From positions 1-47,210 of the IMG/VR virus record IMGVR_UViG_3300032259_000007: 47,210 nt of DNA, one strand, 5' to 3'. Below, one piece after another: positions 1 to 7,656 of the stretch. Position numbers and translations under genes: made by a program. Numbering within the stretch: the stretch's first letter is position 1; each line of letters begins with the position of its first letter. This DNA is from a virus (taxonomy: Duplodnaviria > Caudoviricetes). The notes below the pieces were generated by a model that worked only from the letters and a program-made list of their open reading frames with translations, ran no database searches and was not told the DNA's origin.

Positions 1-136
1 AAAGTTATTCAGCCATCTTTATTTACTGAAGAAGTAAAACCCAAAAATACCGGCGCGGACTTAACTTTAGCGAACACATTAAAAAAAGCGAACAAACCGC
101 CAAATGTAACGGGGGATTTAAACAAAGATTTACGGC
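1..136. repeat. Terminal direct repeat, left copy (circular-assembly overlap)
   Basis: 1-136 equals 47075-47210 except G127 vs T47201; the helicase reading frame is continuous across the join. Confidence 0.97.
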
Positions 137-255
137 GCGACCGGAAGCGGAAAATGTATACAAAGCTAATTGATAAATTCAACGCTGACGACTTGACGCT
201 GATCTATGAACTAATAGGCGAACGGATGGAAAAAGCAAAACCGGAAGCCTCATAA
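1..255 (+). CDS. C-terminal part of the UvrD/Rep-like helicase (wraps from 45041)
   Basis: Frame +1 is open (KVIQPSLFTEE...AKPEAS*) to TAA at 253-255, in frame with ATG 45041 through the terminal overlap. Confidence 0.9.
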   Translation, partial: KVIQPSLFTEEVKPKNTGADLTLANTLKKANKPPNVTGDLNKDLRRDRKRKMYTKLIDKFNADDLTLIYELIGERMEKAKPEAS

Positions 256-274
256 ATACCGCCCCCCTCTAATT

Positions 275-299
275 AAAGCCGACAATGGGTCGGCTTTTT
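275..299 (+). terminator. Intrinsic terminator after the helicase
   Basis: AAAGCCGAC-aatgg-GTCGGCTTT followed by further T. Confidence 0.85.
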
Positions 300-389
300 C
301 ATTTAACTAAATATCGTTTTGTGTTATCATTGTTACTACAATTCAGCCATTTAATATAATATACCCGGCCCGAATAAGGTATACAATCA

Positions 390-1172
390 ATGATCGCTAA
401 TAAAAGACCGCAACCCAAACGGCAGAACACCCCCCACTGGCTAGTACGAAATGAAGAAATAAGGCGGTCGGAATTAACCCGCCTTATTATTCACCATAAC
501 AAAAAAGCCCAACCGAAGACCATAATATACAACCCCGCGCCCGAAGTAGAAATTGCCACTAAGTATTTGCTTCAATGGCATTTAGACGGTGCTATATCAC
601 CCTATAAAAGTCGATTGCTTGCGGTCGCTGGCGGGGTCGGACTGGGGGACACTGTAAGAGACTTAATTGAAATGGGCAATAAAAACCCCGATCAGCGCGT
701 TACAATGTCCGCTTTGCTTGCCAATGTTGAAATTAAAAGCAATAAACCCGCGACCGCTTCAGCCATCCCTTCTGTTGATCAGGTAACTAAGAACACTTTA
801 GCCCTGATCAATGCTATAATCCCCCCGCCCCCCTTCACAACAATTGACTACCAACCGGAGCCAATATTAGACGGCACTTATAACATACCCGCGCCGGAAC
901 CAGTGGCAATATGCAATAATTATATAATCCTAACTAAATTATCAACTGATCAGCAAATTACCGAAGATGATATAAAACTTATGTTTTTTTATATGAGTTT
1001 GGATACTTGGGATAAATTTGGGTTAAAGGGGGTAATAATCTATTTCATGGACTTAGGATACTTTATGAAGGTTTCAGGGCTTCAGTTATTCGGAAGCCCT
1101 GAAAATCTAATTATCGCACGATGGCGTTTACAGGCTGAATACAAAAAAACAGTGTGGGAAGCCTTCGGTTAA
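390..1172 (+). CDS. Hypothetical protein
   Basis: 260-aa ORF with AAGGT upstream; Pro-rich middle; no recognised motif. Confidence 0.7.
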   Translation: MIANKRPQPKRQNTPHWLVRNEEIRRSELTRLIIHHNKKAQPKTIIYNPAPEVEIATKYLLQWHLDGAISPYKSRLLAVAGGVGLGDTVRDLIEMGNKNPDQRVTMSALLANVEIKSNKPATASAIPSVDQVTKNTLALINAIIPPPPFTTIDYQPEPILDGTYNIPAPEPVAICNNYIILTKLSTDQQITEDDIKLMFFYMSLDTWDKFGLKGVIIYFMDLGYFMKVSGLQLFGSPENLIIARWRLQAEYKKTVWEAFG

Positions 1173-2314
1173 TCAGCTTGTAAAAAGATCAGCCCGCCAG
1201 CGACATTTAGGTCTTCAAATTTAACCTTTGATTTGCCGACTTTGGCGGTTACTTTTGAAGGCGAAACAAAATACTTAACGCCAGTCCGCGCCTCATATTG
1301 TCGCTGTAGCTCATCGTAAACCCCGTACATCCCGCCCCCAGTTACAATGGCGGATTTGTAACCCGCCAGTCCGTCAAGTTCACTATCAATAACGACGTTG
1401 GCTATCCAGTCAGCATACGTGTTTCGGGATTCAACAACTAACGTTTTAATTGATACCATCCCGTCGCTAGACCGCGTCCCCTGACGACCGACAAATATAC
1501 GCCAGTCATCAGTTACCGAGCCGTGACGTATTACCTTGTCAATATGATTCATTGTTAAAAACCGTTTTGAGTCGGGGTATTTTGCATGTAAGACCTTTAA
1601 GATCGGCATTAAAATATGATTTTTAACCCCGCCATTTTCAACGGTCGCGTTCCCTAAATCTTCAGGATTAATAATGCCGTCAACAAAGTGCCCTTTATCC
1701 AAGGTATGAAAACCAGCATCAATAAAAGCGACGCGCCCGTCTAAGACATCATTGAAGGCGGGAGTCCCGTCAAGCAAAAAAATGAAACATAACGCTGAAG
1801 CGTAACCTTCAGGCAATACAACACAATTGTTATAAACAAAGTACACAGGGTCGCCATCGCCGATTTGGATTTCACGAGTGCCCGCGTAGGCTTCAGTCAT
1901 TTGATCATAGACCTCGTTAAACATACCCGGGGGGGCAAAAACAGACACATCGACCACGTCGCCATTTTGAACCGCGCCGGACTTTACAAGTAAATAAGCC
2001 GTGAAAAATTCTTCTAAGTCATCACCATATCGTGCGACCCCGATTTGACGTTCCCCCGCCTTCAGCCCGAAGTCGATCACATCGTCCCCCACGCCATATA
2101 CTTGATTATTCCAGTAAACTGTTTCCAGTTTCATTTGGTCAATACCGCCGACAAGCTGATCGCCCGTAGCAGTTGCGCGTAATGAGGGGCAACTATAAAC
2201 ATATACCCGAGGGTCACCTTCTCTAATAGCATAAATAACCGCCATGCCATTTCCAACTTCAACACTTGCAAAGACTCGCGTTGCTTGTGCTTTTTTTGAT
2301 TTACGTTTAGCCAT
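1169..2314 (-). CDS. parM: ParM/StbA-family actin-like plasmid segregation ATPase
   Basis: Actin-fold motifs: phosphate-1 VEVGNG, VLPEG, phosphate-2 IDAGFHTLD, adenosine VTGGG; adjacent to a small adaptor-like gene. Confidence 0.85.
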   Translation of the reverse strand: MAKRKSKKAQATRVFASVEVGNGMAVIYAIREGDPRVYVYSCPSLRATATGDQLVGGIDQMKLETVYWNNQVYGVGDDVIDFGLKAGERQIGVARYGDDLEEFFTAYLLVKSGAVQNGDVVDVSVFAPPGMFNEVYDQMTEAYAGTREIQIGDGDPVYFVYNNCVVLPEGYASALCFIFLLDGTPAFNDVLDGRVAFIDAGFHTLDKGHFVDGIINPEDLGNATVENGGVKNHILMPILKVLHAKYPDSKRFLTMNHIDKVIRHGSVTDDWRIFVGRQGTRSSDGMVSIKTLVVESRNTYADWIANVVIDSELDGLAGYKSAIVTGGGMYGVYDELQRQYEARTGVKYFVSPSKVTAKVGKSKVKFEDLNVAGGLIFLQAD

Positions 2315-2340
2315 GATACTTTTGTCCCCTTTGGACTAAT

Positions 2341-2859
2341 TTATTTTTTCATCTGTTTTAAAGAAGCCATCAGATTTTTACCGGACTTTCCGGTCGGCTT
2401 CGGTGTTGGCTCGGTGTCATCTTCAATCGCGTCCATGTGAACTAAAGTTAAACCTGCCTCGACTTCCTCTTTAGTTTTCACGACTGGCTGGTGATACCTT
2501 GCCCCGCTTGCCAGTTGATCAGCAAGTTTATGTAATTGTGCTAATTTTAATTGGTATTCAGCCTCTAGACTATCCTTCCGTTTCTTATACATTTCTTCAG
2601 CGACTTCTTCAGCGTATGACGAAAAAAAAGAGAATAATTTATCATACGCTTCTGGGTAATTACTTTTAAAAAACTCTAGGCTATTACTCTCAATTGACCT
2701 CAAAAGATGTAAAGCGACTCGCAAGGTTGGCAAAAAACCCCGCCCCGTATTCTTCAATCCCTTTATCCAGTTATGAAGATCGGAGTCCCCTATCATATTC
2801 AAATTTAACTGGAATTGATGCGACCGACGCGGTCTTACATCTTTTGTTTTAATAGCCAT
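2341..2859 (-). CDS. Putative ParR-like centromere-binding adaptor
   Basis: Lies directly upstream of parM; N-terminal strand-helix-helix-like segment (HQFQLNL...DLHNWIK...LRVALHLL), coiled coil and flexible tail. Inferred from position. Confidence 0.6.
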   Translation of the reverse strand: MAIKTKDVRPRRSHQFQLNLNMIGDSDLHNWIKGLKNTGRGFLPTLRVALHLLRSIESNSLEFFKSNYPEAYDKLFSFFSSYAEEVAEEMYKKRKDSLEAEYQLKLAQLHKLADQLASGARYHQPVVKTKEEVEAGLTLVHMDAIEDDTEPTPKPTGKSGKNLMASLKQMKK

Positions 2860-2875
2860 GAATCACCCATTCTGG

Positions 2876-2906
2876 CTTGGCATAGTGCCACTGGCACTAT
2901 GCCAAG
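2876..2906. promoter_or_regulatory. Perfect 15-bp-arm palindrome; candidate parC centromere/operator
   Basis: CTTGGCATAGTGCCA-C-TGGCACTATGCCAAG, i.e. two adjacent TGGCA-N3-TGCCA boxes just upstream of the parR-like start. Confidence 0.6.
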
Positions 2907-3769
2907 GTATCAGTCCCCTTTAATTTTTCAGATATAAGGAAAATTACCTGCTCTAAATCCTCATGGGGGAGGGCGATAAATAGATTTTTTGCGGTTTTAT
3001 CAGGGTCGTTAATAAACACATTTAACGGGATAATTGTCACCCCTTGTTTAAATCGCGCTTCTTCTTTTGAGTTCTTGATATGTTCGATGCGCTTCAGGCT
3101 TAAAGCGCCATGCAATTTTTCACTTGTCAAATCCGACGCTTTGATAGGTTGATCAACGCCGGATTGTAAGTACCCCGTATTTAATATTTCGGCTCCAGTG
3201 GCTGAATTGTTTTTATGTAATTCAGAAATTTTATATATTAAACTTTGAGAATAAACACGTAACTCCTGAAGGCGCGAGCGCAAATAAGGGTCAAGCCCGC
3301 CATAGGCTATCTCAGCATAATAAGCGGTTCCCAGATCGACTTCTGATCTAATAACCCGACCTAACAGGGTTTTGTTTTTCCGGTATAGCATTGATAGACG
3401 AGAAACGTTAGCCCCTGAAGTTAATTTTAATCCACTAGCGATCGACCAAACTTCAGTTATTGTTTCTTCAGGTAAGCCCGCCAGCGACCGCGTTTGGTTT
3501 TCATTTTCGGGCGCGGGTAAATTTGCGCTCGTGATTACTTCACTAACAGAAGCCCCGTTCACAAGATATAGCGCGTGGCGCGTTGTTAGCCCCCACTTTT
3601 CTTTGCAATACGACTCCCAAGTATCATGGGTTACTTTGTATAATCCATATAAACGAATTTGACGCAATGCCAGCCCCACTCGAACGTATTGTTCGAGTCC
3701 GGCTTCAATGATCGCTTCGCATTCTTCAAGCTGATCAGTGATTGTAATTAATTCAATGTGTCGCGTCAT
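2897..3769 (-). CDS. Hypothetical phage/plasmid DNA-associated protein (DUF3102-like N-terminus)
   Basis: N-terminal pattern IEAGLEQYVRVGLALRQIR..LYK.THDTWESYCKEKWG resembles a helical domain common in phage proteins; overlaps the polX stop. Confidence 0.6.
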   Translation of the reverse strand: MTRHIELITITDQLEECEAIIEAGLEQYVRVGLALRQIRLYGLYKVTHDTWESYCKEKWGLTTRHALYLVNGASVSEVITSANLPAPENENQTRSLAGLPEETITEVWSIASGLKLTSGANVSRLSMLYRKNKTLLGRVIRSEVDLGTAYYAEIAYGGLDPYLRSRLQELRVYSQSLIYKISELHKNNSATGAEILNTGYLQSGVDQPIKASDLTSEKLHGALSLKRIEHIKNSKEEARFKQGVTIIPLNVFINDPDKTAKNLFIALPHEDLEQVIFLISEKLKGTDTLA

Positions 3770-4721
3770 CTTTCGCCTCGTTTAATAAATCCATTAAAAG
3801 GGAATAGCCATCGTCGGCTTCTTCAGCCTTGAATAAAGCCCGCGCACTTCTCAAAGTTAACCAAGAAACGAGGCGTTTTTCTTCTTCTATTCTGAAGCCT
3901 TCCTTCTGAAGAAGCTTAATATATTGAATGGCGCGGGGCGCGGGTAAATCATACAAAACCCAGTCGCCGTAACCCTCATAAACATAAATCTGATTACTTT
4001 TTAGGAAGGGCGACGCAGGCTCCCAAGCACCGTTTGAAACGTGTTTCTTTTCCCGTTCCGGTTTCGGTTTGTGTTCCGGTGTATATGGTTTTTCTTCAAC
4101 CTGAACGGGCAGTCTAATTTGTTTGGGAGGCGTGGGCAACAACTTATCAACATCGCCCCAGCCCGCCCATAAGTTACTTTCTAGTGCGTCCTGATATGTT
4201 TCAGGAATTCTCATTTCAGGAATGATAACGGGGCACCCGATCAGGCTGAAAAAATCTTCTTCAGTCTTTACGTTTAAAATATCTTTGGTGCCTTGTTTCC
4301 AAACGAAACCGTCCTTCAAAAGAAACGGGCAGTCCGGTGCGGACTTAATAAACGCCATGACATACTTATTAGAATCACCGTCGCCCGTTCGGAGCCATGA
4401 AATATAACCGTGATTTTTAGGATTAGAGAAGTAAATATCAAAAATCACGCCTTTATAGATCAGCCCCCGCGCCTTTTGCCCCCAGCGTTTACGCTTTGTT
4501 TTCCCGTAGGTTTTGTATTCCGCTTGCCCTGAAGCGATCAACTCGTCTAATAGACTGTGCGCTTTTTCACCTTCAGGTAAAATAATCAACTCAACATCTT
4601 TAACAAAGGAAGCCTTACGGCGAACGGAACCGCCGACCAAAATATCAACGCATGACGGCGTAATAATAGACAGAAACTCCTCTATTATGTGCCTTATTTC
4701 ATGTATTGATCTTTTCTTCAT
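3753..4721 (-). CDS. Minimal family X DNA polymerase / Pol-beta nucleotidyltransferase
   Basis: GGSVRR...KDVELII (GSxRR...DxD/E), VIFDIY (third acid), LRTG, and thumb motif TEEDFFSLIG..IIPEMR; no 8-kDa/fingers or PHP domain. Confidence 0.85.
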   Translation of the reverse strand: MKKRSIHEIRHIIEEFLSIITPSCVDILVGGSVRRKASFVKDVELIILPEGEKAHSLLDELIASGQAEYKTYGKTKRKRWGQKARGLIYKGVIFDIYFSNPKNHGYISWLRTGDGDSNKYVMAFIKSAPDCPFLLKDGFVWKQGTKDILNVKTEEDFFSLIGCPVIIPEMRIPETYQDALESNLWAGWGDVDKLLPTPPKQIRLPVQVEEKPYTPEHKPKPEREKKHVSNGAWEPASPFLKSNQIYVYEGYGDWVLYDLPAPRAIQYIKLLQKEGFRIEEEKRLVSWLTLRSARALFKAEEADDGYSLLMDLLNEAKDDATH

Positions 4722-5032
4722 TCTAAATCTACCTCGCTGGGGAATTCAAATAAATCATTCAACGAGCAATCGAAAAATTGCGAAATTTTCGTTAAAGCGT
4801 CCCGGCTGTAATGCTCTGATTGCCCCTTGCGGTACCGCGATAAAGTGCTATCAGAAACCCCTATCAACTCTGAAAATTCAGTTTGCGTTACCTTGCGCCC
4901 AACAGAGTCGCGGTAATCATTCATCAATTCTTCAAGGCGGAGTCGAATCCAAACTAAAGGGCTTAAATCCGTTTCAGGATTTCGAGTTACTTGCGGTTTT
5001 TTACTTTTATCAATGATGCGTCGTCTTCGCAT
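4718..5032 (-). CDS. XRE/Cro-CI helix-turn-helix regulator, probable repressor
   Basis: VTQTEFSELIGVSDSTLSRYRKG...LTKISQFFDCSLNDLF; first gene of the leftward operon; no S24 autocleavage domain. Confidence 0.9.
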   Translation of the reverse strand: MRRRRIIDKSKKPQVTRNPETDLSPLVWIRLRLEELMNDYRDSVGRKVTQTEFSELIGVSDSTLSRYRKGQSEHYSRDALTKISQFFDCSLNDLFEFPSEVDLE

Positions 5033-5065
5033 AATACAACCTCATATATATAAACTCATAAATGT

Positions 5066-5137
5066 ATTATACTTTATTATTTTTCATCTTGCAAATAAGG
5101 GTTGGTACTTGCTGGCATTGAAAAAGCGAGTTACAAT
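5066..5137. promoter_or_regulatory. Back-to-back divergent sigma70-type promoters (genetic-switch region)
   Basis: Minus: TTGCAA(5094-5089)-17-TATAAT(5071-5066). Plus: TTGCTG(5109-5114)-17-TACAAT(5132-5137). Confidence 0.75.
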
Positions 5138-5171
5138 GTATTTATCAATTAATTACCGAAGGGGTAAACAG

Positions 5172-5900
5172 ATGGCAACGCCTGAAGAAAGAAGCGATTT
5201 AAACGTCCGTCCCGTTTTTAAGACTGACGACATTGAAGAATATCTGGTTGAAATGGGAAAAACCGTAAATGGTTTAAACGGCGACCCCTTAGACCCATTT
5301 ACCGCGCAGTTAGGGCTAGACATAGTCCACGCCTGCCTCATGTTAAAAAGCGACTTTATGAAACGGTCATTCGATCTTATGATCAAAATGCTGGGTTTAA
5401 CAAAGGGATTCAACAACTTCGCTTACATTGACGGGCAGGGGATGCGTATCAAAGGAAATCAAACGGTTAGAAAAGCGCGGACGCATATTCCGCCGACCGA
5501 CATCGGTACCGTTTATGTTGAACTTTGGGGCGCAACAATCAGCACAAGTGCGATGGCGATCAATCTTCAATCTGTAAAACGCTTACTCGACGTTGTTGAT
5601 TACACGGGTAATGATCGATTCGTCAAGGCAGTTGCCTATTTAGAATTGGCTAAATACTACGCCAAAATTGAAAAATATGGACACGCGCTGGACTTCGGGC
5701 TTCAAAGCTATCATTTACTTCTTCCGCTTCCACGATACCACGTTGTTAGCTTCGCCATTTACCGCGTTATGAACCGCATGGCGCAATTACACATAGTCAC
5801 GGGGCAAGCTGAAGAAGGGCTTCAATGGGAGGCGTTGTCATCTGAATACAAAGCGGGGTATGAAAAACATTTGGAGAAGTTAGCGAAAAACAAAAGTTAA
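5172..5900 (+). CDS. TPR-like helical-repeat protein
   Basis: Start reassigned to ATG 5172 (GAAGGGG upstream, downstream of the promoter); AVAYLELAKYY...YGHALDF and RMAQLHIVTGQAEEG fit TPR patterns. Confidence 0.65.
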   Translation: MATPEERSDLNVRPVFKTDDIEEYLVEMGKTVNGLNGDPLDPFTAQLGLDIVHACLMLKSDFMKRSFDLMIKMLGLTKGFNNFAYIDGQGMRIKGNQTVRKARTHIPPTDIGTVYVELWGATISTSAMAINLQSVKRLLDVVDYTGNDRFVKAVAYLELAKYYAKIEKYGHALDFGLQSYHLLLPLPRYHVVSFAIYRVMNRMAQLHIVTGQAEEGLQWEALSSEYKAGYEKHLEKLAKNKS

Positions 5901-5950
5901 TCGCGCCTTCTATCTGTTATGATTGTATTTACCGGAACGGGCACCAGTTA

Positions 5951-5980
5951 TTGAGATTTTTATAACTTAGGGTGTATAAT
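5951..5980 (+). promoter_or_regulatory. Promoter of the recombination/replication operon
   Basis: TTGAGA-18-TATAAT. Confidence 0.6.
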
Positions 5981-6011
5981 TGTTTTAAAATTGTTTCACT
6001 ATCTTAAATTA

Positions 6012-6091
6012 ACAAAAAAATGCGGAATAGATTATTGTATGTAATCTATTCCGCAACCCAAACAGGCAAAAACTTGCTATAGCGGTGCCCT
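6012..6091 (-). ncRNA. Candidate countertranscript in the replication-operon leader
   Basis: Minus promoter TTGTAT(6126-6121)-17-TACGAT(6103-6098); 14-bp-arm hairpin 6021-6055 followed by T7 on the minus strand only. Confidence 0.55.
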
Positions 6092-6139
6092 ACAATCATC
6101 GTAATAGCAAAAGAAAAAAAATACAATAAGGAGCCTGAT

Positions 6140-7570
6140 ATGGCACTTAACGCTAACTTTCAAAACTTTCAAGACGTGACAATGATCGCCGGAATGCCCC
6201 AAGGTGAAAACCTTTACACGCGCAAGGTTAAAGTAATGTCGCTTTTGCGCGATGTGATTATTGGCAAAGATGAAAAACACCAGATGGGCTTCAAGTATGT
6301 AAGTGTCAACATGATAGCCCAAACTATAGGCACCGTCATGGCAGAAGCCGGACTTGCTTTCAGCCCCCAAATGATAGACATTGATCAAACCGACCCCGAA
6401 CGTTGGCTCCTCACATTTGATATGCGATTCATTTGTTCAACAACCGGAATGATTGAACATAATTTATGGTTTCAGGATGTGTTTCCCAAAACACCAAAAC
6501 ATAAGGCTGTTGACGATAAGGCTATGGGGAAGGCGAAAAGCTACGCCATGAAATACTTCCTAATGGCGACGTTTGTAGCATCAGCAGGCGACGACCCTGA
6601 CTTAGACGCGGACGACCGTAGTCAAACAAAAAGCGGTAATAATAATCCTGCTAATCAGGATAACGCTGATCAGGTTAATAATAACCCTAAACTGGTAAGC
6701 ATTGCCCACTCCTTCAAAGCATTCAAAAAAGGCAAATATGATTTAATTGAGTTCTACTTCAACGGACAACAAAAGCCGATCAACATGACGCGCAAGCAGT
6801 TGAAAAGTGCGTTTGATGACAGAGGGCTAGCAAAAGCCCACATCGAGTTAATCGGGGGGGCAAAACTTGACACTGTTATTAAATTTGCTGAAAACGAACT
6901 TGACAATTTAAAAGTTCAACACCAAGTCAATGACGCGGGCTATGCGAAGATTTTAAAAGTAAAGACATACACCCCAGAAGCTGATCAGGAAACACCGGAA
7001 CCGGAAGCCCCGAAGGTCGAGTGGGGGAGTCCTGAATCCCTGAAGCTATTCTTTCAATATATGAAACAAAGAAGTCCGACGCTGAATGCGGGCGATTTGG
7101 CGGTATTGGCGGGGTTGCCTGAAGATAAAGCGGGCGACGCTTCAATTTGGGCTGAAGCCTACGCAAGCGGTAAAGAAGCCTCGGTCGCAATATCCGAAGC
7201 ATTACACAAAAAAGCAACCCCAAAGGGGCAAGGTGAAGGAGTAAGTAATGAAAATCCCCTGAAGGGACAACTTAATCAAAAGAAAGAAGCCTTAATCAAA
7301 GTAACAGTAACCGATTTTGAATATAGAGTTTCGGGTAAGCGGACTCCTATTATAGCCAAGTCAGAATCGGGTAATTTTACTTTTTACGGGCGGAAACTAC
7401 TGCGCGACCTCGGCGACGAGTGGGCGGAATTTGTAGACGCTTGGGAAACCGGAAACACGTACAACCTAATCGACGAGGGTATGCCTTGCCTGATCTTTAC
7501 TTTCAAAGGCGAAAAACTGTTAATGAAGAATTTGGAAAATGTTGGAACGACTGGGGTTTTTGAGTTTTAA
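6140..7570 (+). CDS. ERF-family single-strand annealing protein with long C-terminal extension
   Basis: GFKYVS...VMAEAGL and DKAMGKAKSYAMKYFLMATF...DDPD are ERF signatures; AAGGAG RBS. Confidence 0.85.
   Translation: MALNANFQNFQDVTMIAGMPQGENLYTRKVKVMSLLRDVIIGKDEKHQMGFKYVSVNMIAQTIGTVMAEAGLAFSPQMIDIDQTDPERWLLTFDMRFICSTTGMIEHNLWFQDVFPKTPKHKAVDDKAMGKAKSYAMKYFLMATFVASAGDDPDLDADDRSQTKSGNNNPANQDNADQVNNNPKLVSIAHSFKAFKKGKYDLIEFYFNGQQKPINMTRKQLKSAFDDRGLAKAHIELIGGAKLDTVIKFAENELDNLKVQHQVNDAGYAKILKVKTYTPEADQETPEPEAPKVEWGSPESLKLFFQYMKQRSPTLNAGDLAVLAGLPEDKAGDASIWAEAYASGKEASVAISEALHKKATPKGQGEGVSNENPLKGQLNQKKEALIKVTVTDFEYRVSGKRTPIIAKSESGNFTFYGRKLLRDLGDEWAEFVDAWETGNTYNLIDEGMPCLIFTFKGEKLLMKNLENVGTTGVFEF
6979..7011 (+). 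repeat. 33-bp intragenic repeat, copy 1 (encodes ADQETPEPEAP)
   Basis: AGCTGATCAGGAAACACCGGAACCGGAAGCCCC is identical at 8883-8915 and matches 27/30 at 47011-47040. Confidence 0.95.
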
Positions 7571-7629
7571 AACAAAACCGAACGGGCGAGGCAGACAACC
7601 CGCCCGACTTTGCTCTGCCCAAAGGGGCA
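7568..7629 (-). ncRNA. Candidate countertranscript immediately upstream of the initiator
   Basis: Minus promoter GTGCCA(7663-7658)-17-TAGAAT(7640-7635) with extended TG; hairpin TGCCC-CTTT-GGGCA, then a CGGGCG/CGCCCG hairpin and T-rich tail. Confidence 0.55.
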
Positions 7630-7656
7630 CAAACATTCTAACACAGGAAACAGGAA

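Noticed and set aside
2876-2906. Palindrome as a hairpin-telomere (telRL) site of a linear prophage
   Set aside because: No protelomerase recognised; its position before the parR-like gene favours a centromere/operator.
5013-5171. ORF-track N-terminal extension of the TPR gene (likewise 12476-12547 and 44252-44299)
   Set aside because: These extensions run through promoters or terminators; downstream ATGs have proper RBSs.
5920-5955. 11-codon ORF (MIVFTGTGTSY) as an arbitrium-like peptide gene after the TPR gene
   Set aside because: No RBS, no signal peptide, too short for an exported pro-peptide.
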